From a virus, in the IMG/VR virus record IMGVR_UViG_3300039098_000035, positions 1-64,000 of that record: 64,000 nucleotides of DNA. One strand, given 5' to 3'. How positions within the stretch are numbered: position 1 is the first letter of the stretch; each line of letters begins with the position of its first letter. A program made the position numbers and the translations under genes. The notes under the pieces are model-generated. The model ran no database searches. It saw only the letters and a list, made by a program, of their open reading frames with translations, and had not been told where the DNA came from. Of this stretch, positions 26,551 through 41,500 are shown piece after piece.

Positions 26551-29500
26551 TATCTCATTGCTTGTGACTGACGATGACGTACGTACTGTTTCCATTGTAT
26601 GTCTTTAACTAATCCTATTGGATCTACCTTAGGTTGTCGCATACGTCCGTACTTATTAAACCAGTTCTTATATATATTTTCATATCGTTTGTATCTACCG
26701 TTATTGTTTCTATACTTATAAGGAGTGTATTTATTGTTTCCTTCACTGTAATTATATAAGAAGTTAAACGTATTTCCTAGTGTACGTTCTCTCTGTTGTA
26801 CAGGTTTACGTACCCCAGGAGTAGGTGGTGTTACATTACGAGGCCCTAGTGTATTAGCTGACCTTGTAAGTACGCCTACTGTAGCTAAATTCTTCATAGC
26901 TTCTCCTACATCTTTAGTTGTTGCTAATGTGTGCAGAGATCTAAGTATTGGATTACGTCTTTGTTCTATAGTAGCTGCAGTGTTATTGAGAATGTTCTGT
27001 ACATCGTATAGTCCAAATCCTAAACGAAGTCCTACGCCTCCTCCTACAGGTAGCCAACCATTCATAATTTGAAACTGTTCATACTGATCATATTGTCCAT
27101 CTTCATCTGCATATTGTCCATATACGCCATCAACTATATCACTGATTAATCTATTGTATGATGGATCAAGCATTCTATCTAACCAGTTATCAACTGTACG
27201 TATTGGGAAAGATAGGTATGGTATATCTGCAAGTAGCTGTGTTTCTACAGGTGTACGTTGTCCATAATTAAACCAACGTTTTAAAGATCTGTTAACTGTT
27301 TCATTAAAAGAGTATCCATATAGGTATCTATCAAATAGAAACCCACCTATACGTGCAGTATTTTCAATGGTCTCATTCATGTTCGCGTATAATTTATAAG
27401 GTTGGAATGCAAGTTCAGCTAATTTATTTTCAAAAGTACGTGAAGCATCGTTAACTTCTTTTGAAACTTCTTCATATGTTTTATCTGTTGTATTGTTGAA
27501 GTTGTCTGATACACGTTTCTCTACAATACGTCTTAAGTATGTGTAGTGTTCTTGTTTGTATGTATCTATCTGTGCATTTGTTTGCATGAATGCAGAAATT
27601 TCAAATAGAATATGTTCTACATCATTGTATATTGGTTTATCTTTTTTACCTTTGTCTTTGTTATATTTTTCCATCCATTTTTTTATACGTTTACGGGGTT
27701 TGTTTGGTGTGCTAGGGTCGAACATTAAGGAATCATGTAGTGTTAAGTATTCTGCAAAGTTAATGTTAAGTATAAATGCAGCACTGTCTTTAATATCTTT
27801 ACGTCCATCTAATACTTGTAGTTTTTCTTTAGCTTTAAACCTAAATGTAGGGTCTTCTATTTTCTCAATTTCTTTTAAGTTTTTAAATCCAACAATATCT
27901 TTAACTACAAAATTCATAAGAGTGTCTAAACTTTTTAATACTTTAGTAGCTCTGTCAGACCTGTGCTTAATACGCGATTTAACATTGTTGAGTTTTTTAA
28001 CACCTTCAGTGTAGCTGTATATTCTATTGCGAATATCTACTAAATTTTTAACTAATGTAATAGCATCATTGTGGGTAATACTACCGTGGTTGTTTTTAAT
28101 ACGAGTAAATACTTGTTGCATTTCTTCAAATTTACTTTTGATATCTATCTGTACTGTTAATCTTTCTTCATATACATCTTGGTAAAGTTTATATAGTTGT
28201 CCAGTAAGCCCTGTAATTCTAAGTATTTCTGGAGCTTTTGTTATGGTACCGTATAATCCTTCTTGGGTGTATAGTTCACTGTATATTTGTGTCCATGTAT
28301 CCATGTAGTTACGGAACAGAAAGCCTAGTGATAGTCTCATCATAAGTTTTTGAGAATACTGTAACGAAGATACTAAATCAGGTATCATACCTTTACCTTC
28401 TAATCTTGCAGGTTTGTATGCAATATCATATGAACTCATAAAATCATCTAAGGTTACAAATCCTATACTTAATTCTTCTGTTGTATTATTATTCTTCATA
28501 TGATCTTCCATCATCTTTAATACTCTAGCAAAATCTTCAGGAGTTTTAATATTAATTTCTTTTAATGTAGGTGACACATCATCTTTAAAATCTATACCGT
28601 TAAGGTCTACTGTTTTATAACGCTTACCGTTAATTTTAATACCGTCTTCTTTAGTTATACCTTTGTTTAAATCTTTCACATACTTTATAATGTCTTCAAA
28701 CGAATCGAAGCGAGTAGTTTTTCTATGTTTATATATATTCCAAGGCATCATCTTAGCCCAGTTAGATTTGTTATCATACTCTGTAATGTTTTTCCTTAGT
28801 TGATCTCCAAGATTTCTTACTAAAGTTTCATTATCATAGGCATCCATTACCACTGTTAACCTTAAGAACTTTCGGTTTCCTCTGTAGTAATCGAATAATT
28901 TATCCCAGTCATAGGTGTCGTCATCGTTTTTAAACAATGAAGCCATTGTTAAGAATGGTGTTTGATACTTTTGCATGTTCATTAAGTTTGTATCTTTAAT
29001 TTTTTGTACATCTTTACTGGTAAACTCTGGGTCATCTCCTATATATTTAGGTGCGTTTTCATAAAGATCGAATATAGTTCTACCTTTAGGGTCGTGTAGT
29101 AGGAACGTACCTTTACTGAAACTTTTACTGAATGCTGCTTTAGCTGTAATCTCTTTCATCTTTTTAATCTTACTTCTAACTTCTTTTTCTTTAGCGTTAA
29201 GGTCAGCTATGTGTTTAGTAACGTCTTTATTTTTATCAATGTAAGCTATAGCTTTGTCTTTATGTGTAACGTCATCTTTGATGTGTATTATTTTACCACG
29301 TATGTTAAGTAATTCTGCTGATAATTCTTTTAACTCTTGCTCATTTTGTTTATACATAGTATATGCTGTCGTTATTTCTCTTATTGAATTTCCTACATTA
29401 TGATAACTAAATTTATTACGGTTAGCTATTTTAATTTTGATATCGTTAGATGATAACTTTTTAATTCCGTCATCATATTGCTCTGCTTTGTCACCATGTA

Positions 29501-32500
29501 TAGAGCGTAGTGTGCTGAACTCTGTCTTAACATTCTCAAGCAAGTCATCTAATGTCTCTTGGTTACGTATACTTTTAATACCTTTTTCTTCTAGGTATGT
29601 AGTAAATAATTTCTGTTCTAATGGTGTACTTTCGTTATACATTTTAGTATAGTTAGCTACGTTATTACGGGCATCACTACCTGTGCTTAGGTTGGATAAC
29701 ATTTCTTGTGAGTAATGTGCAGGTACTTTTATACTGTTATTACTTACTGTATTAGTTTTTCTAGTTACATTACCTTCAAGATCCATAGTTAAATATTCGT
29801 AGTCTACATCTTTATTGTTTAATAGAAAATCTTTAGCTGCTTGGTGTTCATCCCCAAGTAATGCATCTAATCTAGTACGTTCATGTTTGCTTTTAAGCGT
29901 AATTAACTGTGCAAATAATCCATATCCTTTAGCTATAAATGGAATCTTATCTTTAGATAATGCAGCATGGTTTGTTAAATGGTACGTATCGTTAACACTA
30001 CGGTATAGACTATATGATGTAGTAAGTACTCTAAGTACTCTATATGCAGGTATGTTATATGTTAACAACGTCTGCATGTATTCATTAACTGTCTTAACTG
30101 TACCTCTTACCTTAATTTTTTTGTCCAAGATTTGTTTGATAGGTAGCTCAGCATTGAATGCTTTAGTAATTGCTTCAAGTACATCGGATACTTCATAATA
30201 TATACTGTCAGCAAAATGGGCATCATTAAAGAACTCAGCCTTAGCGTATTCATTAATACGTTTAGTTAAGTTTATTCTTGCATCAGTTTCATTGTTGTAA
30301 TAATCTTTACGTTGTGTGTTAGACATATCTTTATTCAATGCCTCACGTCTAGCTTTAACAACTTCATCTGATATACGTACACCATTTTTTTCAAATGGAT
30401 TTGAATCCATAGCTATTGCTAATGACCTTGAATGGTTTCTATCTACACCTGTTGTAACTTTACGTATACTTTCTTCAGCAGTTTTCGCCCCTACTTTTTT
30501 ATTATAGTTGTTATAGAATACAGTCTTATCGATGTCACGTCCAGCATGTTTAGCTAGACCAATGATAGTACTTGCATCCTCTGATTGTACCCCTAATTTT
30601 CTACGATCAATAATAATTTGATCGAGATAGTTGTCCCCTGCTTTTTTAATAAATTTTTTAACATTTTTATCTTTAGTAAAATTTTCAGCAACCTTAATGT
30701 TCTTACCAAAGTAAAATACATCGATGAACATTTTATCTGATTCAGATAATGTAACGGTGCCATGGTCCTTATGGTCTTCAGTTATCTTTTCTAACATGTC
30801 CTTGTAGAATACATTTAGATCTTTAGGGTAGTACTTGTTGAAGTGTGCTACTATACCTATCTGATCTGTGCTGTCGTATACATCTTTAAGACTTGTAAGT
30901 TCTTCTGTTACTCTAACAGATTCATTGATAGTGGTGTGGATATCTCCTAATACTTTAATCATATCATCTGCCCACATATCTTTGTATGTTTCAGTGTTGC
31001 CACTGGTGTAGTAGTCTGCTATGTTTCCTATTTCTTTCTTAGCTAATGATATAAACTTAGACTTGTTCATCTTCTTAGCTTTGGCTATATGCTTAGCACT
31101 TAATAGTTTTGTTACTAACGATCTAGTAGTTAAGTTACCATTACTACCTCTAAATGGATCCCATACATTACCCTCAGGGTCTCTATTCAAGCTGTTGTAT
31201 CTACTTAATATTGATGCAGCTACACGGTTCTTTCTGTTACCACCGAACAGGTTGATACCACGTTTAGATGTTTGGATACGTTCTACTGTACCAAGCACAC
31301 TATCAGTGTATACCTTACTGTTTGCTACCTTAAGGAATAATTCCTTATACTTATCAGCATTAACCATGATGTTCTCTATACCAACCTCTCTAATTGTAGC
31401 ATTGTCTGCTTTAGATAGGTGTAATGTTTGATACTTAAAGTCTTCACTACTTACGTGCTTAGATATGTCATACTTACCTGCACCTACTAACTTATCAAAT
31501 ATATAATACTTCGATGCTATATCTAATATCTTACTGCGTTTAAACATAGCGGCAACCTTAGCAGGGTTGTCATAGTCTTCTATTTTAAACCCATCTATAG
31601 TATTGGCACCTTTTGTTAGCTTACGTATTGCTACGTTCAAGAAGAACTTTCTATTATCGTTGTTCCATTTAATGTTAGCTTTACTTACGTCAGCATCATC
31701 GATATCTTTTTGAATACTGTCGAACGTACTACCGTAAATTTCTCCCCAAGTATAGTGCGTTCTAATTTCTTTAAACGTGTGCTTACCTACTGATGAGTAA
31801 CGTAGATCTACATTGTCAAATGTTATACGCTTGTTACTTGTTTGCATTTTTTTATTAATTTTCTCTATGTACCCGTGATCATAGTAGTTATCTTCAGTAG
31901 CATCTAAGTTCTTAAACAAAGTTTTTTGTGTAACACCTGGTTCAATTTCTTTATGGCTATCCACTGCTAACATACCGATAGTATCACCATCATTATCTCC
32001 ACCTATTAATTTGTATAGGTAAGCATTAGCTTCTACTGCATGGTGTGTATGGTACCCTATAACTTTAAGCATAGGTACTGCATTATAATCCTGTACTGGT
32101 GAACGTGCAGCTACAACCCAACCATACTTCTGTCCGAAGTTTTCAAATGTAAACACTCCATCTTTCTCAGTGTACATTGTGTGGTCTACGCCATTAATCT
32201 TGTCGTTCGTTACACCTATACTGTTAAGGTAATCAATAAATTTTTTCTTATTCTTAACTGTTGCTGTAGTACCATCATTAGACACTAAGTCCTGTGCTTT
32301 AGCAGACTTAATATCGAATCCATTGATGAGCTTTTTCCATATGGTCTTGTCTACTTTACCATACTCTAAGAATCCACCTTTTAAATCTTGGAATGCTTCC
32401 CATCCATCTTTAGATGTACGTATTTCTCCTTGACCTAACCTTAAGTTAGCAAGTAACTGTTGACGTACACCATCATGTCTTCTATATATAGACTCATACA

Positions 32501-35500
32501 TTACACCTGTGTTACCATGTATAATTTCAAGTGCTTTATTTCTTGCACGATTCTCCATCTCTTCTAACATAACTTCTATTTGTTCTATCTCTCTAGGGTC
32601 TTTAAGAGTTTCTAATTTATTTTTATACAGTAGATATGTTTCAATATCATCCACTAGTATATTATTGAATAGGTCTTTAATATTTCCTATGGTCTCTGCT
32701 ACGTTGTACTCCCCCTTGGTATCTTTGACACCATGTACTGCTAATACTTTTTTGAATCCATAGTGATAGATGTTAGAGTATGTGCTTAATCCTTTATAAT
32801 CTCCACCTAACAAAGCTTTCTGCCAATCTACATCTTTAGTTTCCATTACATCTGTCACAGAAGGAGACATAGATACACCACCACGTACGCTACCTTTGAT
32901 ATCTTTAACTGATAGCTTAATTTCTCCTGCTTCAGTTAACTCTGTTTTAGTAGACATGTGATCGGCAGTATGATCGGCATCCATAATTACATACAGCCCA
33001 CCTTTATACATGTTCATACCTTTAAAATTATATTCTCCTACACTATTAGGTTTACTTATGTCTACAAACTCTACTTTTAAATCTTCTTTAAATGTTATAT
33101 CAATAAGGCTTCGCCATTTACCTTTAACACCTTTGAATAGTTCAGAAAGAACTACATCATAGTCAGTACCAGGATCTAGAATAAGTTTACCTTTAGTTAC
33201 ATTGAACATTTTCTTAAGTTTAGCATTGTACTGTTTAAGTGCTGGTACTTTTTTAGCTCCCGTCATATGCATACGTATTGTATCTAATGCCTGGTCTAGC
33301 ATAGCACCGTATGCGCCCCTTTCTTGGATAGAAGATTTACTACCTATTATAGATACACCGAATTTAGCTCTTAGTCCTTCTACATACTTAACTCCACCTT
33401 TGAATCCATATAAACCTAACCAAGTTTTATTACCTTCATCCCAGCCTAATGCACGTGCATCTGCTGAATCTATTAGTAATGTATCTTCAAATGCATCAGG
33501 ATGATCTATGAATCCTACTTGCAGATTAAGTCCTATCTTATGTAGTACGTCATCTTCATACATATCAAATTGTTTTTGAGTAAGGATGTTAGGTGTGTAT
33601 GTATTAACTTGTTTAACTACCTTATCATCCTTGTATGTCTCTAATAATAGCTCAGTAAGTTTCTTTTTCTTTGTTCCTTTTTGTTTGTTTACGTAATCTG
33701 TTATGTGCTCCTCGAAAGTTTTAGAAGGATCAGCATCTTCTAAGACATATGTTTCATTAATTGCACCTATAGGTGTATAGTTTAAGTGCATCTTAGATAA
33801 CGACAGTATACTACGTATCGCATTCGTATTGAATGTGTGTAATTTATCTGCGTTAGCTTGTGTTCTAATATTTGTTGCAGACCCTGCACTACCTTCAGCA
33901 GATAGCTCAAGGTTCATACCTAATTCATATGCACGTTTTGCTGTCCACTTAGCTATGTAGTTAGTAGAATAATCTGCAGGTATTAAGTTCAAATGTTTAC
34001 CGGGATCGTTAGAAGAAAACTTAGACATAACTGTATCCACTATACCACGGTATACTTTGTGTATATCTCCTGCATTTTCCTTACGCTTAGCGTATTGAAT
34101 TACATCTAGGTAACTATAGAACCTATGACGTAATAACTTGCTTAGATCGTATTTAACAAGGCTTGTATCTTTCATGTCTTTATCATTAACAGTACCTTCA
34201 AGTGCAGCTTTCATAGCTTTAGCTTGGTCTGCTTCTTCTTTATAGTACTTGAATGCACCTTTCTTCTGCATACTCTTCAATGTTTCTACAAGTTTGTTGA
34301 TTGATTCATACGCATCATCAATACCATTCTCAGTAAAGATATTTTCTTTTCTTAGTCCTGTAAGTCCGCGTACTGTCTTACCATCTTTGTCTTTATGGAT
34401 GTATAATGTCTTCAATAATTTCTTAAGTTCGCTAGGTTTAATCTTACGCTCTATAACTAAAGGTTTTTTATATATTAAATCTGTATCAGTCTCAGTGTAG
34501 TAGTACGCAAGTTTAACCGTACCTTTTGTAGGGTACTTAGTGTTATATGTGTACTGTTGTACGTATGTATTACCAAACTTATCAGGTGGAGTAGGTACGG
34601 ATACAGTAATAATGTTTCCATTATCTGTTTCATGTACAGTGTTGAATACTACATCAGGATTTAATCCAATACCACTCTTGTTTATACCCTCATTGTAATC
34701 GTTGTATGCACGTTCAACACGTTTAACATTCATGTCTTTAATAAATTGTTTATCTTTACGTTTAGTTGCTGCGGCTTTTAAACCTTCGTAATCTTCTATG
34801 GTTATATCGTTAGCTCTACCTTGTAGTATGTTAAAAATGTCTTCATATTCAATCTCTTTCTTAACATTTGATATAACTTCTACTTTACTTAGGATCTCAT
34901 TAAATTTATTTGTAATACTCTTTAGTGATGCGTTGTAACTCTTATCATCACCAGGTGTTTTGTTTTTAAGTATATCTATACTATGTTCATAATGTGCTAT
35001 GTCTTTTTGTATGGCTATAGCCACCATTGATGATATGTTCCTAGTCTCTAGTTTACCTACAGTTGTGTCCTTAGTGTTAAGTACTTCTAATACTTTATGG
35101 ATTCCTCCTGTTGTACTGGTATTAGTTAATAATGTATTGAATACTGTGTTACCTTGCCATTTAGGCACTGCCGTTAATAGGCTGTCGTACATACCCTTAA
35201 GCTCCACTGTAATATCTTTATCAGTAAGATCGATCTTGTTGTTTGCTTTAGGTAAGAACCTATGTATGTATTTGTTCCAACTTTTTTGTAGGTCTTTTAC
35301 ACGGATGTCTTTTATAGTTTTTATATCCTTTATAACATCTGTAAGTTTAGTTTCTAACAGCGTTGTAAGTTCCTTACTCACTGTGATGTCTGAACCTTTA
35401 TTAATTTTAGTAACTAACTTAGACATATTAGTTATTTTGTCAGTGTATCCTTTGATAAGTTTATTGATTGCTGCCTCTGACTTAGCTTTAATTACTTCAG

Positions 35501-38500
35501 GCTCTAATGTTTTCTCAAGCATCGCCTTAACTTTAGGACTTTCCAATACTTTCTTAACATCAGCTTCGTTATCGATGTCTGTAGTCTTAAGTATATTAGC
35601 AATCTCTGTTAGATCCTTGATAGCTATGTTCATACCACGTACTTGCTCATCCATCTGCATTTGAATAAGTCCAAGGTTAGTTGTATGTGTACGGGCTAGG
35701 TCCCTTTTACTTATCTCAAGTGCAAGCTCTCTATTTACTGCTATGTTTACATCATATGTCATAGTATCTGTGAAGTTCTGTATAACTCTAGTAGCACGTT
35801 GGATATCTCTAATGTACTCTTCTTTAAGATTTTCAATGTCTACTATTTTTGTAGTGATTTCACTGATACGATCTTCAAGAACTACTGCAGTATCTAATAG
35901 ATCTTTTTGTTCTGCTCTTAATTGTGTAGATCGTTCACCAGGTGCACTAGATGCAGGACTTTTAAGATACTCTATGTGTTGTAGTATTTGTTTTAACTTA
36001 ACTTCAAAGTTTGTTATCATCTTAGCTGGTGCTAGTGTAGAATTATTCTCTTTAGAAATACCGAGCGCATCATTAACAGTACCTACAACAGTGTTGTGGT
36101 AACTTTCATACGCTGTTTGTGTGTTGTAGTCTAGTATAGTTTCTACGCTTAGTATGTGTAGATATTCTTTCTCTGATTTTTCTAATAATTCTTCAGTAAC
36201 CCACTTCTCTATCTCTTTATACTGCTCTAATTTAGAGTGTATTGAGAACCCTTTTGTAAAGTATTGTACTAGCTCATGCTTGATACTTTCTTTACTTACA
36301 AGTGTATCTGCGTCTACATAATTAAAGAACAGTTCATTGATGTAGTCTATCTGTGAGTTAACCCCAGTAAATAACGCTTCTTTAACTTCTACGTTTTGTA
36401 TAATACTTAGAGATTCTTGTGTATCCTTTATAACTTTAAGAGACATTATCTTAAGTATTTCGCTATAGAACTTATCAATCATATCAAGTTCATTTGCTGT
36501 TACTTCCATACCTCTATTGTATTTCTTGCGTACCTCTTGTATTGCTTTATGGTACTGCTCTATAAGCTTACGCTCTTTACCCATGTTAACTAGGTTATCT
36601 TTACTAGTCCAGTCTAATCCAGTAGCTCTTAGCTTAGCTTCTATGGTATCTGCATCCATACTGTTGATCGCTTTGTGGTACATGTTATTTAATAATGTGT
36701 TTGCTATACGCTGTATGAATTTATCATAGTACACGAAGTCAAAGCTCTCACCATTGTGTGCAATGATAGGTGTATTCTTAGACGCTGCATTCATTTCATC
36801 TACAAATGTTTTAACAAATAGTAAGTCATTACCTTGACCTTTAACTTTTTCAATAGTCATGGCTGTAATTGCATCTACATCTGCTCTTACTGCAGTAGGA
36901 TTTTCCTTGATAGCTATTTTCCACTGTTGCTCATAGAAATCCTCAATTTGTTTTGATTTAGTTATTAGTATAGCTCCATCAGGTTGCATCAGTTCTTCTG
37001 TACCAGCTACAAACATTTGATTACTTATGTATTGGTTGACGATTTTTATTACAGGGCTTCCCTTATGCATAACTTGTTTAACTAATGTCATTTGATATGG
37101 TGTAGGTACCCCGTAATTATTCTTAATTGTTTCCATATCTAAAACGATGAATGCTTCAGGTATTTTTCTACCTAGTTTTTTCATTTGTGCAACGTAGTTT
37201 AATCTTGTAATGATGGCATCCATGATAGGGTTATGTAATTCTACTTTGTTAGATACACTAGCATCCTTTATTAATTCTTCTAATGTTTCTTTACCACCCT
37301 TGAATAGTCCTGAAGTTCTATTGATAACATCTTGTAAAACTTGCTCTTTTATTAGGGCAACCTCTTCAGGTGTCTCGCCTTTCTTGAATCCATACAAGTT
37401 CATGTATGTACCGAGGTTACTATTACTGTGAGGTTTCTCAAGTAAACGTGCTTCAACTAGTTTATCATATGAATCTTTATACCCCTGTGCTTCCACACTA
37501 AGTTCATCAATTTCTCCTTGAATTTTCTCAGTCTTAGCTATGTTACCTTTAGTGTATGTATAGTAACTTGCTTGTCTAAGTCTTGCTTTATCTTTAAGAA
37601 CTTTAGCTTCTTTAATTTTTGTGCGACTGGCTACTAGTGTTTCATTCATAGTTTCGATGTCACTATCAGAGAGGTATGTTACTACATCCATAGTATTTAT
37701 AGTAGGATTATCTATTTTAATTTCATTAGACGCTTCCATCAATAATTTCTTAACTGATGTAGGCTTCGCTTTATCTAAGGCTTCTACTATTTTATTATTA
37801 TTCTCCAGTGCTGCACGTGTTTTACTTATATTAGCTTTAAGTTTCTCTAACGATACTACATCTTTCCTAACTTTAGCATTGTGTACTTTATCAATACTAA
37901 AGTCTAAACGCCCATCAATGTATGTATCTACATCTGTAGGAAGTTCTTCTGATTTAGTGTATGTATACCCTGGCTTGTACTTAATCATGTTGTTTAAATC
38001 TTTAACAGTCTTAGCAAGGAGGGTACTTGTTTTAAGATGCTTGCTTTTCTTAATAGCATTCTCTCTTAAGCTATTAGCTTTCATATCTGATAATTTAGAA
38101 CGTTCGATCTTCATCTTACTTGCGAATGTATCAACCGCTATGTTCGCATGTACTTTAATAAGTTTAGTCTTATATTCATCTTCATGTTTCTCCATGTCAG
38201 GTTTAGGTGTACGAATTAATGTTCTAGTACTTGCTTGTAATGCCAACACTTTAGCATCTATTATGTTTTCATAGGCAGCACCATCCATAGTTATACCTGC
38301 TAATAATTTCAATGAAGCATATTGTGAATCTAGCTGAGCTTCAACACGATCTTTAAATTTAGTAGTAGTTTCCAATATCTCTGTGATATCCCTCTTAGTT
38401 AGCTTGCCTACAGTTTCTGTTTCAAATACATTTTTTTTAGCCGTAGTAATATTATCTTTGTATTTTTTATCTATGCTGTATATGAATCTATTTATAATTG

Positions 38501-41500
38501 CGAATTGGTTTTTATCTAATGTTGCACCTTTTAAATCTGCTATACCTTGGAACCCTGCTAGGTATGCGTCTAATCCATCAATACGTTTGTTTGTTATGTC
38601 TTCAGATTTTTTTAAACCTTTGTAATGATGTATCCACTTAAGTGTATTACCTTTTGCACTTATGATCTTAGGGGTAGCCTCTAGATCTCTATCAATAATA
38701 TCAATACTGTTCTCTATGAACTCATACCATTTCTTATATTTAGCTACTGATGTTATCTGTAGTATTGCTAATTCATTTTTGAATGTATTGAACGTATCTT
38801 TAGCTGTTACAAATTTACTTGAACGTACACGTCTAAACAGGATGCCTTCATCGGATTGAATCAGGGTATCTCGTTTAAGTTCTAGTGCTTTTCTTCTATC
38901 ATACTCTTTAAGTATCCCTATATCCTTCTTAGCACGTACACCATCTACTTCTTTTTGTGCGGCTAAAGTTTTATTACGTACGAATGTTTCAGTATCTTCA
39001 ATGAATTCTTTTATTAGTGTTGGGTTGTTCATGAATATTTTTTGTAAGTATTCTTGCTTTTTGTTACGTCTATCTTCTAATAGTTTAATATAACTTTCTT
39101 CAAGATCTTCAACTGCTTTAGTAGTGGCTGCTACATTATCTTCAACCTCTTTAAGTTTCTCTTCAGCAACAGTAGTATCACTAAGTGCGAACTTAAAACT
39201 ACTCTTAAGTCCACCTTGAGAACTTACTATACGTTTTTTAATTGTTTCAAGTTCTGCCATTTTACGCTCAGTGTTAGTGTAGTCTATAGCTAAAGGCGTT
39301 TCTTCTATACGGATGCTATCATCAAATGATTGTGCTATTAACATAGTGTCTTCTGTTTGTGCATTTGTTATAGATAGGTCATTAAGTAATATCATCTTAA
39401 GATCTTTAGTAGCTTCAATTATTTTTTCAGCTTCTTTACGTTCTGTTGGTGTCATAGCTGCTAATGATTCTTTAGGGTACATTTTGTTTACAAGTTTTTG
39501 TACATCCTGGACCCCACTTAACATAGTAGTTATGTTATTAATATCTTGTTTAGCTAACCTACTTTTACGTCTTAAATGTTTTTTAATGTATGTAAACATA
39601 CGTTCTTGTCTATCAGCGAACTCTGCTTTACCTACATTATATTTATTAACAATAATATAACCTAGTACCCCGCGTATGAACCCTTCTTTAACGTTGTTTG
39701 CTAAGAATCCTTCACTCTCAAACTTGTTAAGAATCCCTTTAAGTGAAGCATCAAGTCCTTTGATACGTGCAGTTTCATGTTTAGGTATTAGACTTATATA
39801 CCTACCAAGTTCTTCCTTGTATGCGCCTATAAGATTGTTGTCTGCTTTCAATACTTGAAAGGCTATACCAATATCTTGCATACGGATGAAATCTTTTTCT
39901 TTAAAATCTTTACGCATGTGTCTAGTAAAATCTGTAAACAGTTCACGTAGTTCATTGTATACTTTGTTCTTAGACTGTACTTGTGTTACATCATCTGCAT
40001 AGTCTTCATCTATGATATCAAAACTAACATCTGCTAATGCATTGTTTAGGTCATGTTGTATCTTAGACATAGGTGACACTGAGTTTTGCTTAGACATTAC
40101 GTTAGAATATATTCTTCTTTGTATATTACGTGTTACTTGATTCATTTTTGTTTCTGCAGTTAAGATATATTTAGGATCTATTCCTATTACTTCATTGACT
40201 GTATCAGTCTTAGGTATGCGTACCATCTTAAGCTTATCATTCATACTATCAGCATAGCTTCTAGCATCATTGATAAAGTTTAGTGAATCGTCAATACTAT
40301 TTATAACGCTGTTATCGAACTTATCTTTTTTATAGTCTCTACCAAGTGCGTTTGTTATTTCAACATCATTAATAGCTCTCATATTACCTTGTACTACTAT
40401 ATCTCTGTATGTATAACGTGCATCTTTAAAGTTCCATTTAGACCCTAGCTCTTTAAATAAGAATTGTATTTTAAGTTCGTTTAAAACTCTAGTAAATGCG
40501 TACATCTTACTAGTTGTTGTGAACTTAGCCTGTATCACAGATACAATACTGTCCATAGTTTTATAATTACGGAATAGGGATTCAACTTCTTCGTATTCTA
40601 AGCCAAACGCACTTAAAAATTTCTTAACTTGTATGCGTTTAGCGTCTGCTTTTAATTTAATACTTTTACCATCCATAGATTTAATGGCGAATAGATAATC
40701 ATGCACAGCTTCTTTAAATATTATATTGTCATCCAGTAGGGATATGCCCATAAGATGGTATACCTCATAGTTATTTTCAAACTTTCTATTTGTATGTTTT
40801 TTACCTGCTCTTAAGATATCGTATGCTTGTTGGAATACGTCACCTTGTACACGTACCCAAGCACCATCGAAGTCTTTATCCTTAAGGTTGTGTTTAGTTA
40901 ATAACTCTGCAATATCGTAGCCTTTGGTAGTCTTCTTAAGGATCTCTATATCAACAAAGAATGCTGTAGCATTACGAACATCTATATCTTTGATACTGTC
41001 TAGGTATTCTTGGATTGATTTGAATCGTGAGGGTACGATCTCTTTCAATGTCTTAGGATCCACAGTGTAGTTCTGTTTATCTTTAAATGTTGTGTATTCT
41101 ACCGCATCTAATAATTCTTTAATAACTATTTGTAAATCTCCATAAGATTCAGGGCTTAAGAAATCTAAAATACCTGCAGGGAATACTTGTTTAGTTATCC
41201 AACTATCCATTGTTACACTCCCTATATTACGGAAGTATTCAGGTCCTTCACTCCTAGCTGTTTTTGTTTTATCTTTTTGTTCTGTTAACAATTTTTGATA
41301 GTACTCATTAAATGTTAGCTTATTGCTTTCAGGTAATTCTGAGTACGCAAAGTTAGCTCTCATAACAAGTTCCATGAATGGTACCTTCTGTATGTTTCTT
41401 AAACTGTAATCTACATATGTATCTATTACTTCACGTTTAAACATATCTATATACTCTTCTACTTTACTTGTGTCTGATGTATCCATACCTTTCATAAAGA

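Noticed and set aside
40858-40885. DKDFDGA in the giant protein as a possible RNAP catalytic loop
   Set aside because: No third Asp and no preceding R-x-P; the real motif is at 31983-32003.
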